DNA of 64,000 nucleotides, from positions 292,993-356,992 of the forward strand of contig MU004234.1 of the NCBI GenBank assembly GCA_010405405.1, in the 5' to 3' direction. Numbering within the stretch: position 1 is the first letter of the stretch; the number at the start of each line of letters is the position of its first letter. The translations under genes and the position numbers were made by a program. Under the pieces are notes generated by a model. It saw only the letters and a program-made list of their open reading frames with translations. It was not told the DNA's origin and searched no databases. This document shows positions 36,709 through 49,349 of this stretch, piece after piece. This DNA comes from Microthyrium microscopicum. Lineage: Eukaryota.

Positions 36709-39621
36709 CTATGAACCAACCGCCTGACTTCCCTCACCCGGATGTTCCTGAATATCAGGATTCTTGTTCTTCTTTTTCTTGATTGGCCGCTTGCCTCTTC
36801 TTACCTTCTTTTTTTTGGGCTTATCCTCATTCTCTTTGCCATCTGGTGATAGTAGTGCTCTCGATTCACTCATCTCTTCTCCTCCACTATGGTCGTCTTG
36901 TGGGTGTACGTCAAGGACTACTTTGCGTAGCCCGCCTAGATCAATGCCGCGTTCCTGAATACTGCCAGAACGAGCGATGCGGTGCTGGGAACCAGTAGAT
37001 GCATCGGACTTCATGGTGTTGCCAGATGAGTTCTCGTCGGGTCTAACGTCTTCGTCATCTGTTGATCGATCCTCCGAGTCAGGACTGATGATCAATTTGG
37101 CAGGCATTGAATTGGTGGTATTGGTGAGAGTGCTACTCAGGGCGGGACTTGGGAGTGGAGAGTGGGTTTTGGATCCCTTACGTCCTTCAGATGATGGCGA
37201 AGGGTGGCTCTCCACGAGTGTTCGAGGTGTGAGCATGGGTTCTTGAGAAGTCGGTTTTTGAGCAGGTGATTTTGAGAAAGTTGTTTCCTGAGCGACTTGC
37301 TGGTCAGTGGCAGCGGAATCTTGTGCGACTGGAACTTCGACGCTTGTTTCCTGAGTAGTTGATTCTTGAGCAGTCGAGTCTTGAGCAGCCTCCTTTGGCT
37401 TGGGCCCTCTGGAGGCCGTTTCATTTTTGGCCGGTTCTTGAGTCGCCGATTTCTGAGGCGCAGGCTCATCTAAAGCAGCTTGCTGAGTAGTGGTGTCGTG
37501 AGTTCCATGAGAAGTAGAATCCTGAGGAGTTGGTCCGGCACTACTCGATTGTTGCGTAGCGGGCTCGTCACTAACCGATTGTTCCGGAGCATGATGCTTG
37601 TCACTAATCGATTGTTCCTGAGCAGGCTCGGCACTAATCGAGTGTTCCGGGACCGTATCCAAAGGTTTGACTTCAGGGCTCTTACCACGAACTTCCGATG
37701 CAGACTGTTCTGGGAGAAGTCTAGTAGGTTCCTCGGGAACGAACTTGGATTTGCTTGGTGGATCTGAGCTGAGAGTCCCATAACTCACTGCATGAGCTCC
37801 ATCCCGAGCTGGGAAGCCTGCAGTAAGAAGGCCAGTGTTTTCACCAGCATCCAGGGGCGACTGGGCTGACGCCGCTCTCACGATAGTGTCTGATGTGCTA
37901 GTGCCGTGTCTCTTAGGTAGCGGCATTACTGCATCCGTGCCAAGAGCACTGTGAGTTCGGAGTGGTGAGGGAATGAGAAGAGGCGATTTGGGTAGCAGTC
38001 CTGGTTTGATCTTGACTGTCTCAATACGAGTGGTTTTGGGTCGCGAGGCGGCATTAGAAGGACCAAGATGCTTGAGATGCGCTCGGAGGTCGTCAGCTTT
38101 GCTTGGGACTGGGAATGCTTCAGTTCCACCACTATTTCGACGTTTCATGAATTTAGCCATAGGAGTGCGACCAGTGTCTGACACTGCTGAGAGCTTTCTT
38201 TCCATTTGGGCGCCGGTAACCACTTTCACGAGAGCATCGCCATCCGATGCGTCATCGTCGTGGTACTCAGGGACGTGGCCTTTGGGAATTCGATAGTAGG
38301 GAACTGGGTGAATACGACGGATGGCTTTGTGAACATCAACAAAAACATCAGACTCGTCGACAATTTCCCTTGAAACATGTTAGCATTATATCAGTATTTT
38401 GACTTGCATGACTTGTATGACTTACTCTCCGATCAATTCCTCAATAACATCTTCCAGGGTCACCACTCCGAGAGCTCCAAATGATTCACCGGGGTTTTCT
38501 GATACAAGAATCATATGACTTTTGCCTTCCTGAAAAAAGTTGATGATATCCAAGCAGCTGGTCTCAGATCTAGTTTCTGGCAGAGTAGCAAGCTGAAAAT
38601 CTTGGACTTTCAAGCATTCCGAGGGATCGTATGTGATTAGCATCTTGACCAGCAGCATACCGATGAAATTTCCAGGATCGTCGACCGCATAGATAGGTAT
38701 CCGAGAGTATCCTTCAGACAATATCGTGTTCATCATTTCCTCGTGCAGAACGGTGTCCGCAGACAAGGTAAAGACGTCTTCCATTGGTGTCATGATACTG
38801 CCAATTGGCTTTTCTTTCAAGTCCAAGACAGCGCTGATTATGGTAACCTCATCCTTGTTGAGACGATCATTGGGACTGGTACCAAGGGTACGATGCAAGG
38901 TGACCAGGGTCTTGAGTCCAGCTTTCTTGTACGTTGTACCGTGGTCCTCTCCCAAGAGATAATCGAGAAGCTTTGCTGTTGGCCATGCAATAGGAGCCAA
39001 AAGAATCATCAGACACAAAGTGAACGGGGCCATGAATGCCCCGATTGGGAGGCCGTACCGGACGCAGATAGACTGAGGAGCTATTTCGCCAAAGATGACG
39101 ATAAGAACCGTACTACCTAGCACGGCTTGCCATCCACCTCCAAGAGATCGATCGAGCATTATAGGGAGAGTTTCGTTCGTGATGACGTTGGAGAGGAGGA
39201 GAGAAACGAGAACCCAGTGTTTGCCTCTTTTCAAGAGATTGAGGACTTTTTGGGCATGTACACGTTCAGAGCCAACTCCTGAGCTGGCAATGACCTGAAG
39301 ATATGTTTCGTCTTGTCCCATGAGGCTTTATAAAATGATTAGTTAGACAAAGTTGCATGTGTTGTGTACTGGAGGCGTAAAAGAAACTTACGCGATCGTC
39401 AATCCTGCAAAGGCACCACCAAGGAGGACCAGTATAGCAGCTGACGCCAGGTAAACCCAGGCTGGAGCAGCATCTTCATCTGTGCCATGTTTGAATGTTG
39501 TGAACTTTTCGTGATAGTTCTGTGGCAAGGCGGCGACGGCGGAGACGAGGCAGAGCTTGAAGATGGAAAGCAAAGTTGCAGCACTTGCTGGAAGGCGTGC
39601 TCTTTGAGTGGTTGGCGACAT
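36709..39621 (-). CDS. MAM3: CNNM/DUF21 + CBS-pair metal homeostasis membrane protein, Mam3-like
   Basis: Exons 39621-39392, 39325-38426, 38368-36709. [69 protein letters not shown]. Confidence 0.92.
37569..37648 (-). repeat. Degenerate 30-33-nt coding tandem repeat in the MAM3 tail
   Basis: cactaaYcgaKtgttcc at 37569, 37602 and 37632, encoding EHSIS/EQSIS/EQSVS units. Confidence 0.7.
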
Positions 39622-40971
39622 GTTGTTGATGCCAACAGGAGGGAAAAGTGTGAAGAATTAGGCGTGCGGAGAGTATTCCATGGCCAATTGATTCAAGAAA
39701 ACAGTGTATGAACTTGACGAAGAGAAAATTGAGGAGTCGACGATGGAGGATTTACAGTTGAAGTTGTTGAGAGTGTTAGAGTTGATGGACGGCGGGGAAG
39801 GTGCAGGTTTGCTCCTGGTTCGCTCCTGACAGCTTCTGCACTGACGAGGGTCGCTCCTGCATCATCGCTGCTAGCCAAAAATACCTTTTATCAATGACAC
39901 TCAATAGTCAATATAAAAGTACAATCTTCCTCTATATTTGGGTCTTCTTCCGACAACCTTTACATCAATACATCTACGGTTAGCCTAGTCTATCTTGTCA
40001 CGTACAGGTGAAGCTTGTTTCTCGTTCAATGCCTGGTCATTCAGTATGTGGCGCAAGAAATATGAGGATTTATTGCCATTCCATTGTGTCATTATGTTCT
40101 ATCACGCTAGACAAATATCCAATAAGAAAGGTGGTCAACAACATGCAATTGCATCAAGGATGCTGACACATACATAGGCGTTGGTAGAAAATTATCTGCA
40201 TATCAGCAGGAGTTCTTTTTTTTTCCACACACAATGCAGCTTTGACATAAACGAATATCACTTTGAGTTTGTTCGTGTTTGGCCATCAAGTCCTCTTTCG
40301 ATTTCTTGAAATCGAGAACATCAACGCATGGTTTTATGCCAGAATTTGACTTCGCCATTACTCGTCCAGGTCCTATCAGACAAATTTCAAGAATATTCAG
40401 TCTCGATATCTCTGTTATTGCTCTTCTGACCTTTTGCGTCTCAATGTAGCCCCACCTTTTAAATACTACCGATTTCAGTCAAAAAGTAACTTAATGCTCA
40501 CGATACTAATTTACTCTCACAAATTACTCAAGTCACGCACACAGTGCAATACCCCATGATGGCAACTGCCCCAATCACGATAACAGAGAAACGTGGTATC
40601 AGTCCTATCTTCGGCAGTGGCGTTCAACTTTCAGCCAATTGTTTCCCAGCCCCGATTTAGACGATGGCGGGCCCCAACTTCATCAAGATCCTTCATCTCC
40701 TTGGGCATCCATCACTGATTCATAAAAGCATCACGCAGCCGTTCATGGATCGAAGTGATCCGTTAAGCATCATTCACTGCGATGATAGCACCAAGCGCAA
40801 GAGACTGACCATCAAACGACGCAGATATCAAGCCAGGTTTTCAGCCTTATGCTGCGCGCTCACTCCACTAGGCTGACCCCTTTTCTACGCATCACAGGAA
40901 GATAAATACTCATATCGGCGCAAATATTCTCAAATTGTTTTGGCAGGCCGGAGACAGCTCAAATTTGACTT

Positions 40972-41943
40972 TTGACATCGAACACGGATGCTATGGTATC
41001 GGCATTCTATGGACCTGGAGTAATAGCATTGTGGTTGTTGGCTTCGGTCTCCACCTGCATAACGTTCGGGTTGAATCGACGACATTGGTTTTATACCAAG
41101 GACAGTATCACTGTAGACTTCGTCGTCTTCTTGCTATATCCTGCAATCGCAGGAATTGATCTCTTTGCGCATCACTCAGTCAACCAGAACATTCAGGACC
41201 AAACACCAAATGCACCATCCGGCTCACAAGCTGAAGCCATCAATACCTCAGTCAAGATATGTGATGCCTACACCGCTATGGCTCTCTTCTTATGCATCTT
41301 CTATCTCAATTCACGAAAATCAAACAAAGACGTCTTTCCACGCCGTCGTGCAACTGCAGTGTTCGCCGTCACATGCCTCTGCTTTCTGGCAGAAACATTT
41401 GCAGGATTTCAGCAACTCAACATTCTTCCTTGGCTCTTCAATCTACTCCTCACACTGTTGAAGTTGATATCTCCGTTTGCATGCACCTTCCTCTTTCTGG
41501 CCGCACCCGCAGTCGCATTCGGACCCATTGGCATAGTGATCGAAGTCGGCAAAGACAAACAGCAAGGAGCCTGGCGGAATCTCTTCTCGTTGATCACAGG
41601 AAATCCAGGAATTGCTTGTTGTTGTATCCCGCTTTTTGGCTTGTATTTGATTGTGCCGGTTGTGCTGGTGTATTATGGTTATCAGTTGAGTCAGGTCATT
41701 CCTGGATACTTCGGCGAGCTTTTCCAAAAATCGGATTCGTCGCTCTCGGATTTCAGTCAAGTTGCTTGTCTAGTGATTGGACTGGCCATGCCGATTTTCA
41801 GCATTCAAAGTGCTCTGCAAAGAAGGAGTTGGGGAAGGTGGTTGTGGCATAAAAGCTGGGAAGTTTACACCAATTTTGCGGATAGTCGGATGCCAGGACT
41901 TCCTGGGCCGACAACTGGATTTGAAATTCGGGAATGGAAATGA
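40972..41943 (+). CDS. Multi-pass membrane protein of unknown function
   Basis: 323-codon ORF with several hydrophobic segments and an N-terminal VSAFYGPG motif. Start uncertain (first ATG 40993). Confidence 0.7.
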   Translation: MTSNTDAMVSAFYGPGVIALWLLASVSTCITFGLNRRHWFYTKDSITVDFVVFLLYPAIAGIDLFAHHSVNQNIQDQTPNAPSGSQAEAINTSVKICDAYTAMALFLCIFYLNSRKSNKDVFPRRRATAVFAVTCLCFLAETFAGFQQLNILPWLFNLLLTLLKLISPFACTFLFLAAPAVAFGPIGIVIEVGKDKQQGAWRNLFSLITGNPGIACCCIPLFGLYLIVPVVLVYYGYQLSQVIPGYFGELFQKSDSSLSDFSQVACLVIGLAMPIFSIQSALQRRSWGRWLWHKSWEVYTNFADSRMPGLPGPTTGFEIREWK

Positions 41944-42388
41944 TGAATACTGGAACATTCAAGCGGACTAAATCGAGAATCGAATTAAACAAAGGACAAG
42001 GAGCATGGCCATTGATACTCTAGGCACTCAGCAACTTCAAAACTGCGCTTCAACATTTCTGGATTGGCCGGCGGGTTGGACAACAAAACTGGAACCTAAA
42101 CTCAAAAAATTGGATCTATCCGTTGTGAGACCAGACTATCGGTAGCTCCGAACCATGAGGCTGAACAAGAGGACATATATCACAAGTACCCCGCGCAGGG
42201 CGACGACCTTCTAGAGTATACCACCAGGATTCTATCAGATCGAGAAGGAACCCATATAAGTTTCTTATCGGATTAACACTCGTTCTTGCCTGAAACTGGA
42301 TATATGACAAGCATTTTGATAAGACCAGGAGTCATATCAATTCACAACCTCATCACCTGAGGCTCAACGGCCCAGTAACTTTGCCATC

Positions 42389-43963
42389 ATGCAACCACAT
42401 CTCCTCTGCAAATATCTCCTGGTCGCAGGCACATTCATAATAACATCCTTCGCACAGTACCATACACCAGAATCGAATTACACTCACATGGACTGGCCTA
42501 CAATGAAAGCCAAGATCCAACCACGTATAATCCTCCACGGTGGAGCAGGAAATATCACACCGTCCAACATCCCGCCAGAGAAATATACGCTATACAAAGA
42601 ATCCATGCTCCATATCCTCACCACCGCCAATGAAATGCTCCAACAGCCCGAAGCACGCGCCTTGGACGTAGTTACCTTTGCAGTCTCGATGCTGGAAGAC
42701 AACCCACTCTTCAACGCTGGCAAAGGCTCCGTCTTCACGCGCGCTGGAACCAATGAAATGGAATCCAGCGTCATGGTCAGCAATGGCTATCACAAGCGCG
42801 GCGCGGGATGTATGTTGCTTCAACATGTTAAGAATCCGATCAAGTTGGCTGCTGAGATTCTGCGACGGGGTGAAGAGAAGGATGGGGGTGGAGCGCAGAC
42901 GCATGTTCAGATGTCTGGCCCAGCGTTGGAAGAGTTGGCGAAAGGATGGGGACTTGAGATTGTTGACGCGGACTATTTCTGGACGAAAGAGAGGTGGGAG
43001 CAGCATAAGAAGGGACTGGAGGCGAATAGTTCGCAGAATGTGGTGTCTGCCGTTGTTGACGAGAAGCTTGTGGATCAGACAGTTGCGTATAGTGAGAAGA
43101 TGAATGGTGTTAATCAAGTGGTGTCTGAATATGTTCCCAAGGGTACAGGTAAGCATATCGGCACATCCTCACTATATACTCGCGTAACGAGTTTCCACAA
43201 AGAGTCGTTCCATCTCGGTGTGGTTGACTCGCCGCCAGCAACGCACTTCCTGAAATTGTTCACTCAATGCTAACTTACTACCTGTATAGTCGGTGCCGTC
43301 GTCCTTGACAGCTACGGAACAATCGCAGTAGCAACTTCAACAGGCGGCATGACTAACAAAATCCCAGGCCGTATCGGCGATACACCAACATTCGGCAGCG
43401 GCTTCTGGGCCGAAGAATGGCACGAAACTCCTCTCGACAAGGAAGCGAAGGAAAAGCAACTCCAAAGCCTTTTCTCGCAGATCTCCTCACTTTTCACCAA
43501 TTGCTTCCCCAGTCAAAAACCACAAGAGCAGAAATCACAAAAGCAGGCGCACAGCAGCCAAGATACCCTCATCGAAGAGTCTCCCAACAACAAACCTCAC
43601 ACCGACAAATCTCACGCTAGCAAAGGCAAACTCAGACACGCCGTCGGCCTCTCAGGCACCGGAAACGGCGACTCCTTCCTCCGTCTATCCGCCGCCCGAA
43701 CTGTCGCAGCGATGAGTCGCTTCTCGCAGATATCTTTGGCAGAGGCAGTGACGAGCATGGCTGGACCTGGTGGTGAGCTTGTGCAAGCTGCTGGAGACCG
43801 TTGGAACGGCACGGCTGGTGAAGGAGAAGGTGGCTTCATTGGTATTGAGCTTGTTGGGCAGAAGGGGAAGATTGTGTGGGATTATAATCGGGGGATGTTC
43901 AGGGCGTATATTGATGATGATGGGAAGGCTGTTTTTGGCGCTTTTCGAAGCGATGAAGCATGA
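42389..43963 (+). CDS. Ntn-hydrolase isoaspartyl peptidase/L-asparaginase (Asparaginase_2)
   Basis: Exons 42389-43148 and 43290-43963. [22 protein letters not shown]; spliced G-T-VGAV (catalytic Thr); ATSTGG, GRIGDTP, SGTGNGD, GEGG. Confidence 0.93.
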
Positions 43964-44442
43964 TTGACTGGTGCAATCACGAATGATGAGCATCAACTAC
44001 GACGGATCGACTGCGAAACAGATGGTACCTGTTAGTTGGCACGATCACCGCGGCTTCCACTCACTCGGATGGATTCAGGCCTGAGTATCTTCCAGCCATT
44101 AGACAATGGTATCAAAATAGGCTGCTGGGAGGATTCATTTCATCAATAGCATGCGTTATGCGTGGTACAAAAAGGGCAAGGAAAATAATGTTTAATATCG
44201 AGTGGTAATTGCCAAAAAGGCGTGCTAGAATATACTAGATTGTATAGAATTGAAATCATCTCTGCTACCGAATATGTGAAGCATTGACAGAAGATCGTCA
44301 CTAATCGCCTCGAGATATGTAGTGATACGCTTCCTAATGCTAGTGACACGGTCGCTAAACCCTAAGCTAACTGCCGGTAAAAAGTGATCTTGATGATACC
44401 CTTAAATTGAAGCAAGGGAGAAAAAGCCGACCCCGCCCAGGA

Positions 44443-44448
44443 CCTCGG
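44443..44448 (+). promoter_or_regulatory. CCTCGG FarA/Ctf1-type fatty-acid response element upstream of PEX11
   Basis: CCTCGG about 215 bp before the PEX11 ATG. This core is established for FarA/FarB targets in filamentous ascomycetes; a single hexamer could occur by chance. Confidence 0.5.
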
Positions 44449-44661
44449 CATCTACTAGGAGACGATATCCGTAATTCATCCTCCACCAAGCCTGCTTCTC
44501 ACATGCGATATTGCCAGAAAATCTGTGCAGCTTCCATCCCCGACAGAACTTTCATCGTGCAAAGTCAACTCCTTCAACCTCTATCGTGAGACTCTCCACT
44601 TCATACAGCCACCAATAAGCCTCACCACCCACCCCCATCACCTTTTCTCATCACCATCAAA

Positions 44662-45468
44662 ATGGTCGCAGACGCGCTCGTATACCACCCAACGGTAGCC
44701 CACTACCTTCGATTCGTCGGAACAACAGGTAAACATCCTGAAAATCCTATCCCCAGCTCCAACTAACGCACCACTAGTCGGCCGCGACAAGGTCCTACGC
44801 TTCATCCAATACTTCTCCCGCTTCTACGCCTGGTACCTTTTCCGCACCAACAACCCCGAGACCGCCATCGCGCCCTGGAACAATGCTAAAAAGACCCTCG
44901 GCGCCACCCGCAAGATTATGCGTGTCGGCAAATTCGTCGAGCATCTCAAGGCCGCTGCCGTAGCCAGCGATAATAAGAGCGCGGACCCAATTCTTCGCAG
45001 TCTTGCTGTGTCGCGCCAGATTGGGTATGCTGGGTATTTGACATTGGATAACTTGTGTGTGTTGGATTCTACGGGTATCCGTAAATGGGAGGGCGCGAAG
45101 CGGTTGGGCAAGGAGGCGGCGAGATTTTGGATGTTTGGATTGGCGAGCAGTATTGTGTCAGGTGTATATAAGTTGAATGGATTGAGGTTGCGGAGGGGAC
45201 AGGTGGATCGTAAGGAGGGCGAGGGTGTCGTTGAGAGCAAGAAGATTGAACGGTATGTGAATGCAATGGGCATTCATGGGATATTGGCTAACTGGTGTAT
45301 AGGGAGTGGAACACTGCTCGTTTACAGCTCATCAGCGATTGCTGTGATATCTGCTTACCAGCAACTAACTTGGGCATTTTGGGTCTTGATGATGGTATCT
45401 TGGGTCTTGCTGGTTCAACATCTTCACTTATCGGACTTTACAATGCTTGGGAGAAGGTTCGACAATAG
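44662..45468 (+). CDS. PEX11: Peroxisomal biogenesis factor 11
   Basis: Exons 44662-44728, 44778-45252, 45303-45468. MVADALVYHP..GRDKVLRFIQYFSRF..RKIMRVGKFVEH..LQLISDCCD..DDGILGLAG. Confidence 0.95.
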
Positions 45469-46053
45469 AACTAGACTAGGTATGCGTTGAGCGATTTCAA
45501 GTAGAGCAAGTGGTTTTGGGTTGAGCTTAGTGGAAAAGAATGTTGCATTTTGTTTAGTAGACCTTTCCAAATACATCTTATGTATCTCATACTGCTATGT
45601 CCCTCCAGAAATATCTCATGGTGCTTGCTGGAAAAACTGGGACTTTACCACTTTGCGATAACATTAGCCAGTCGCCACACTGCCTGATAGATCTTGTTGA
45701 TGGACACTCGAAACATTTTAAGTTTGCGCAAAAAATAAGAAATACATAAATCAATTGAAGACAATTCCAAAATGTTTTTAATAGATTTGATGCCTGTGCA
45801 CTGGTGCAGGCAGTTATCTGGGTCACGTGGTTCGAGCCATCGCGAGAATTCTAGGCTAGAAAAGTTTACTTCGTTCGTGTCTAGAAAGCTCATCTGCAGC
45901 TTCAATCAACCATTTCATCCACTCTCACCCAAGCTCTTTCTAATCCGTCTTCGTTTCTGTCTTTTTACCCTCAGCTGGACTCTTAGAGTTCAGGTTTTAA
46001 TTTGCGCTCTTCTCTCTTCCTCTATCCTCCCCTTTTCACTCGCATACTCCGTC

Positions 46054-47243
46054 ATGGATGTCGCCCACGTAGAAAAGAGCAAAGGCTCATCATGGGACTT
46101 TATCACCTCCAATGCCGTTGTGCAACGCGCCACAGAAGTTATATCGTCGCTCCAAGAGAAGCGGAAAACTCTCGGTCTCAGCAATCCAGGCAATATAGAC
46201 AGAATAGCCAGAGAGGTCGAGAACGAGGTCTTGCTCAACAACTATAGCTTCACGGGTCTACGGGCGGATATCACCAAAAGCGTTGGCAATGCTCCTCTCT
46301 TCCAAGTATCGCATCAATTTTCTACCGGCTCGCAAATGCAAATGCCTTACAACTTTGCCCTTCTTTACGGAACACCAAATGTATGTCGCTATCGTGGTCG
46401 CACCATTATACCACTAACGTCTTCACCTAGGTTTTTATGCAAGCGAACATCGATAACGAGCGCCAACTCATGGCACGATTCAATTGGCGGTGGAACTCGG
46501 CCCTTACCACAAAGACAATGGCTCAGCTAGCCCCTGGTGCCACAGGACAGAGCATGGTGTCAATTGAGAATGACTACGTTGGATCCGACTTCACCGCAAG
46601 CATAAAGGCTATCAACCCATCGTTGTTGGAAGGTGGTCTTACGGGCATGATGACTGGTGAATATCTACAATCTGTCACACCAAAGTTGTCTGTCGGAGTT
46701 CAAGCCCTTTGGCAACGTCAGGCTATGACTTCTGGCCCAGATGTTGTTCTTACATATGCCGCTCGATATAAGTCTCTTGATTGGATTGCCACGGCACAAA
46801 TGAGCCCAATGGGAGTCCTCCAGACTTCGTACTGGAGACGGATAGCGGAGAATTTTCAGGTTGGCTCATCGCTGAGCTTACAGTACATGCCAGGTGCCCC
46901 ACAAGGAATGATGGGACCTCCGGCGAAGGCGGAGGGACTGGCGACGATTGGTGCGAAATTCGACTTCCGGACTTCTCAAGTGAGAATGCAGGTTGATAGC
47001 CAAGGACGTATTGGTGCACATATCGAAAAGCGCATCATTCCACCTGTCTCTGTCAGCTTTGTTGGTCAGATTGATCACGTCAAGGTATATTTAAGCTCAT
47101 GCCTCCAAAGAGCATCTACTGACACTAAATAGAATGAGAGCAAGATTGGTCTCTCAATATCGATCGAGTCAATGACTGAAGAAGCTGCAGTGCAGCAAGA
47201 ACAAATGATGACCTCTGGAGAGATGCAGAGCCCACCATTCTAA
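46054..47243 (+). CDS. TOM40: Mitochondrial import channel Tom40
   Basis: Exons 46054-46380, 46431-47084, 47133-47243. LGLSNPG, FTGLRAD, FQVSHQF, DYVGSDFTASIKAINPS, YLQSVTPKLS; ends PPF. Confidence 0.96.
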
Positions 47244-47892
47244 ACCATTTGCGAGCCTGGCTTCTTCGTCGCGGAACCGAGCTCCTACCGCGCACTTGAG
47301 ATGAGCCATTGAGTCGCATTTCTACACTCTCCCCTTTTCCTTCTTCCACTCTTGTATTAAAAACGTCCTCTTGTCCTGAGCTCATGAAACGAAGCAGTCT
47401 GTTTGCTATTTTGCATTTGTCGAAATCGGTAATGGGCTAGCATTTGCGGATTCGGCCCTTACGCAAAGAGATCAATACATTTTTCCGGACTAGTCAGACA
47501 AAAATACTGCGGATGATGCATGAAGCAGAGAGCTTTGGCGTATAAATGGACTGTTTCTTGTTTTGTTTGAGGAGAGAGAAGGGTTCTCTTTCTTCCGTTC
47601 TAATATCACGATATGTACATATAGAGGTCAAAGGTGGGAAGGTTGCTAGATGTAATCGGGACTGCGAACCTAACGCATTTCATCATGATTGATTCCTAGT
47701 TTCCTAGTAGGAGAAAATAGGAACGTCTGTTAGATGCGCTCGAATTCTGACATGATTTAAATTCCCAGAATAAACATGCAAGTCTTTGTTTCAATGCCCA
47801 ATGCCATGCTGTACATTACTGCGGAGAAGAGATCTACTATACACAAACATTCCAAAAACACCCCCAAACCCTCTCTTTTACACGGGAGCTTA

Positions 47893-48440
47893 TCACAAAG
47901 CACTCTTCTCACCATCCGCAGGCACCGCACCAGCACCAGGCGTCATAAACTATACATCCACATGTTAGCCTCACCCCTGTATATCGCTATACGATTTCAT
48001 GACTTACCTCACTAGCACTCTGCTGCATCTTCATAGTCTGCTCCATCTCCATCTGCACCTGATCATCCGAATACGCCAGCATCCACGGAACCATCAGCAA
48101 CAACGCGCTCGTACTCAGCACCCACATTGCCTTGCCACCCACCATCAGCCCAGACCCGAGCCAGGAAGAGGAGGTGTCGATGGCGGAGGAGAGTTGCGCG
48201 CGTCGGCGGGCGGGGACGATGTCGCGTAGGGCGGAGAGGCGTTCGAGGAGGGATTCGTCGGGGATGGAAGATGTTATTGAGGATGCGTCGGACTCTAGTG
48301 GGAGGTAGTTAGTGGGTGGATGGGGGGACTGGGAGTGTAGGGGGCATTGAGGGATGTATGTATGTACCATCGTCCGTGTCCCATTCTTCTTCGTTTTCGG
48401 CGGTGAAGTGCTCGTCGGTGACTTCTTCGAGTTTGACCAT
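47893..48440 (-). CDS. TOM22: Mitochondrial import receptor Tom22
   Basis: Exons 48440-48368 (MVKLEEVTDE), 48294-48008 (DESLLERLSALRDIVP..GKAMWVLSTSALLLMVPWMLA) and 47949-47893. Confidence 0.93.
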
Positions 48441-49349
48441 GGTTGCGGCTGTGAGATTATGATAGGCGTGGGATAGATTTGAGGAGTGTATGCAATGAGT
48501 ATGGATGATGGTTCAAAGCTTGATCTGGCAAGTTTGGCTTTGGGATGGAAAAAGTTGAGATATGACGTCCGAGCTTTGATGGAGTTTTGCGATTTCTCTC
48601 CTTGAGCTTGCACAGTCCGCCCTTGCCCTAAGACTTCCGTTTTTGTGATTAAAAGGTCTCGATTTGCTGGAAATTCCAACAGAGTGGTTTGTGATTTTTG
48701 GAGAATTGAGATTGGTGGACACTTGTTTTCTGCACCTCGCCCTTTCAAACCTTATTCGGACGTTGAGCTCTCCAAGTGCTTACCTTCCTAGCAAATCTGA
48801 CGTACCTTTGTCATTTACCGCAAGTTAACTCCCGAACCATTATCGCCCCCAGCATTGATCTATCTGGACTCTCAAAAGTACTATCGAATGGTAGACCTTG
48901 CAATTCTACTCTTGAATTTGTTGACCCAGCAAGTCGCGATGCCATGCTAGATTCTAGATCTCAACTCCACAATTCCTACCTCCTGAACCAACCCAGCATC
49001 CGGGTCTTCTTTACTCTTTAACATCTAAGGTCCATCATCCGATCGTGACCGCCATTCCGACCTTGAGAGCTCTTGACGCATTATGCAAGTACCTTTATGC
49101 CCGCGGGCCTAGTCGGGTCCCAACGGCCATGCACAAGATTTGCATAGCTGCATCAAATCCATGCAGCAATTGCGCATGGCTGTCCTTCAATATCGACCAG
49201 CCCCGGTTGCTGCCCTCACTCCTCGCTTCTATTTATCTTTGACACTTCTCCGCTTCCCCAGATTGTACACAAACTCCCCTGTTACTCATCGACGTCGACG
49301 CTTCTTTAGCTGCTGTGCGGCATCATCACATCCACGTTCGGGAACCACT

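Noticed and set aside
40298..40315. Short hairpin TCGATTTC-TT-GAAATCGA
   Set aside because: An 8-bp stem is expected by chance in 64 kb; no terminal repeats or target-site duplication suggesting a MITE.
45772..46053. In-frame upstream ATG extending Tom40 by 94 aa
   Set aside because: Covers the promoter and a pyrimidine-rich 5' leader; Tom40 similarity starts after ATG 46054.
47987..48748. 253-aa ORF as an extended Tom22
   Set aside because: It reads through an intron and the promoter; the spliced model from ATG 48440 gives the canonical acidic N-terminus.
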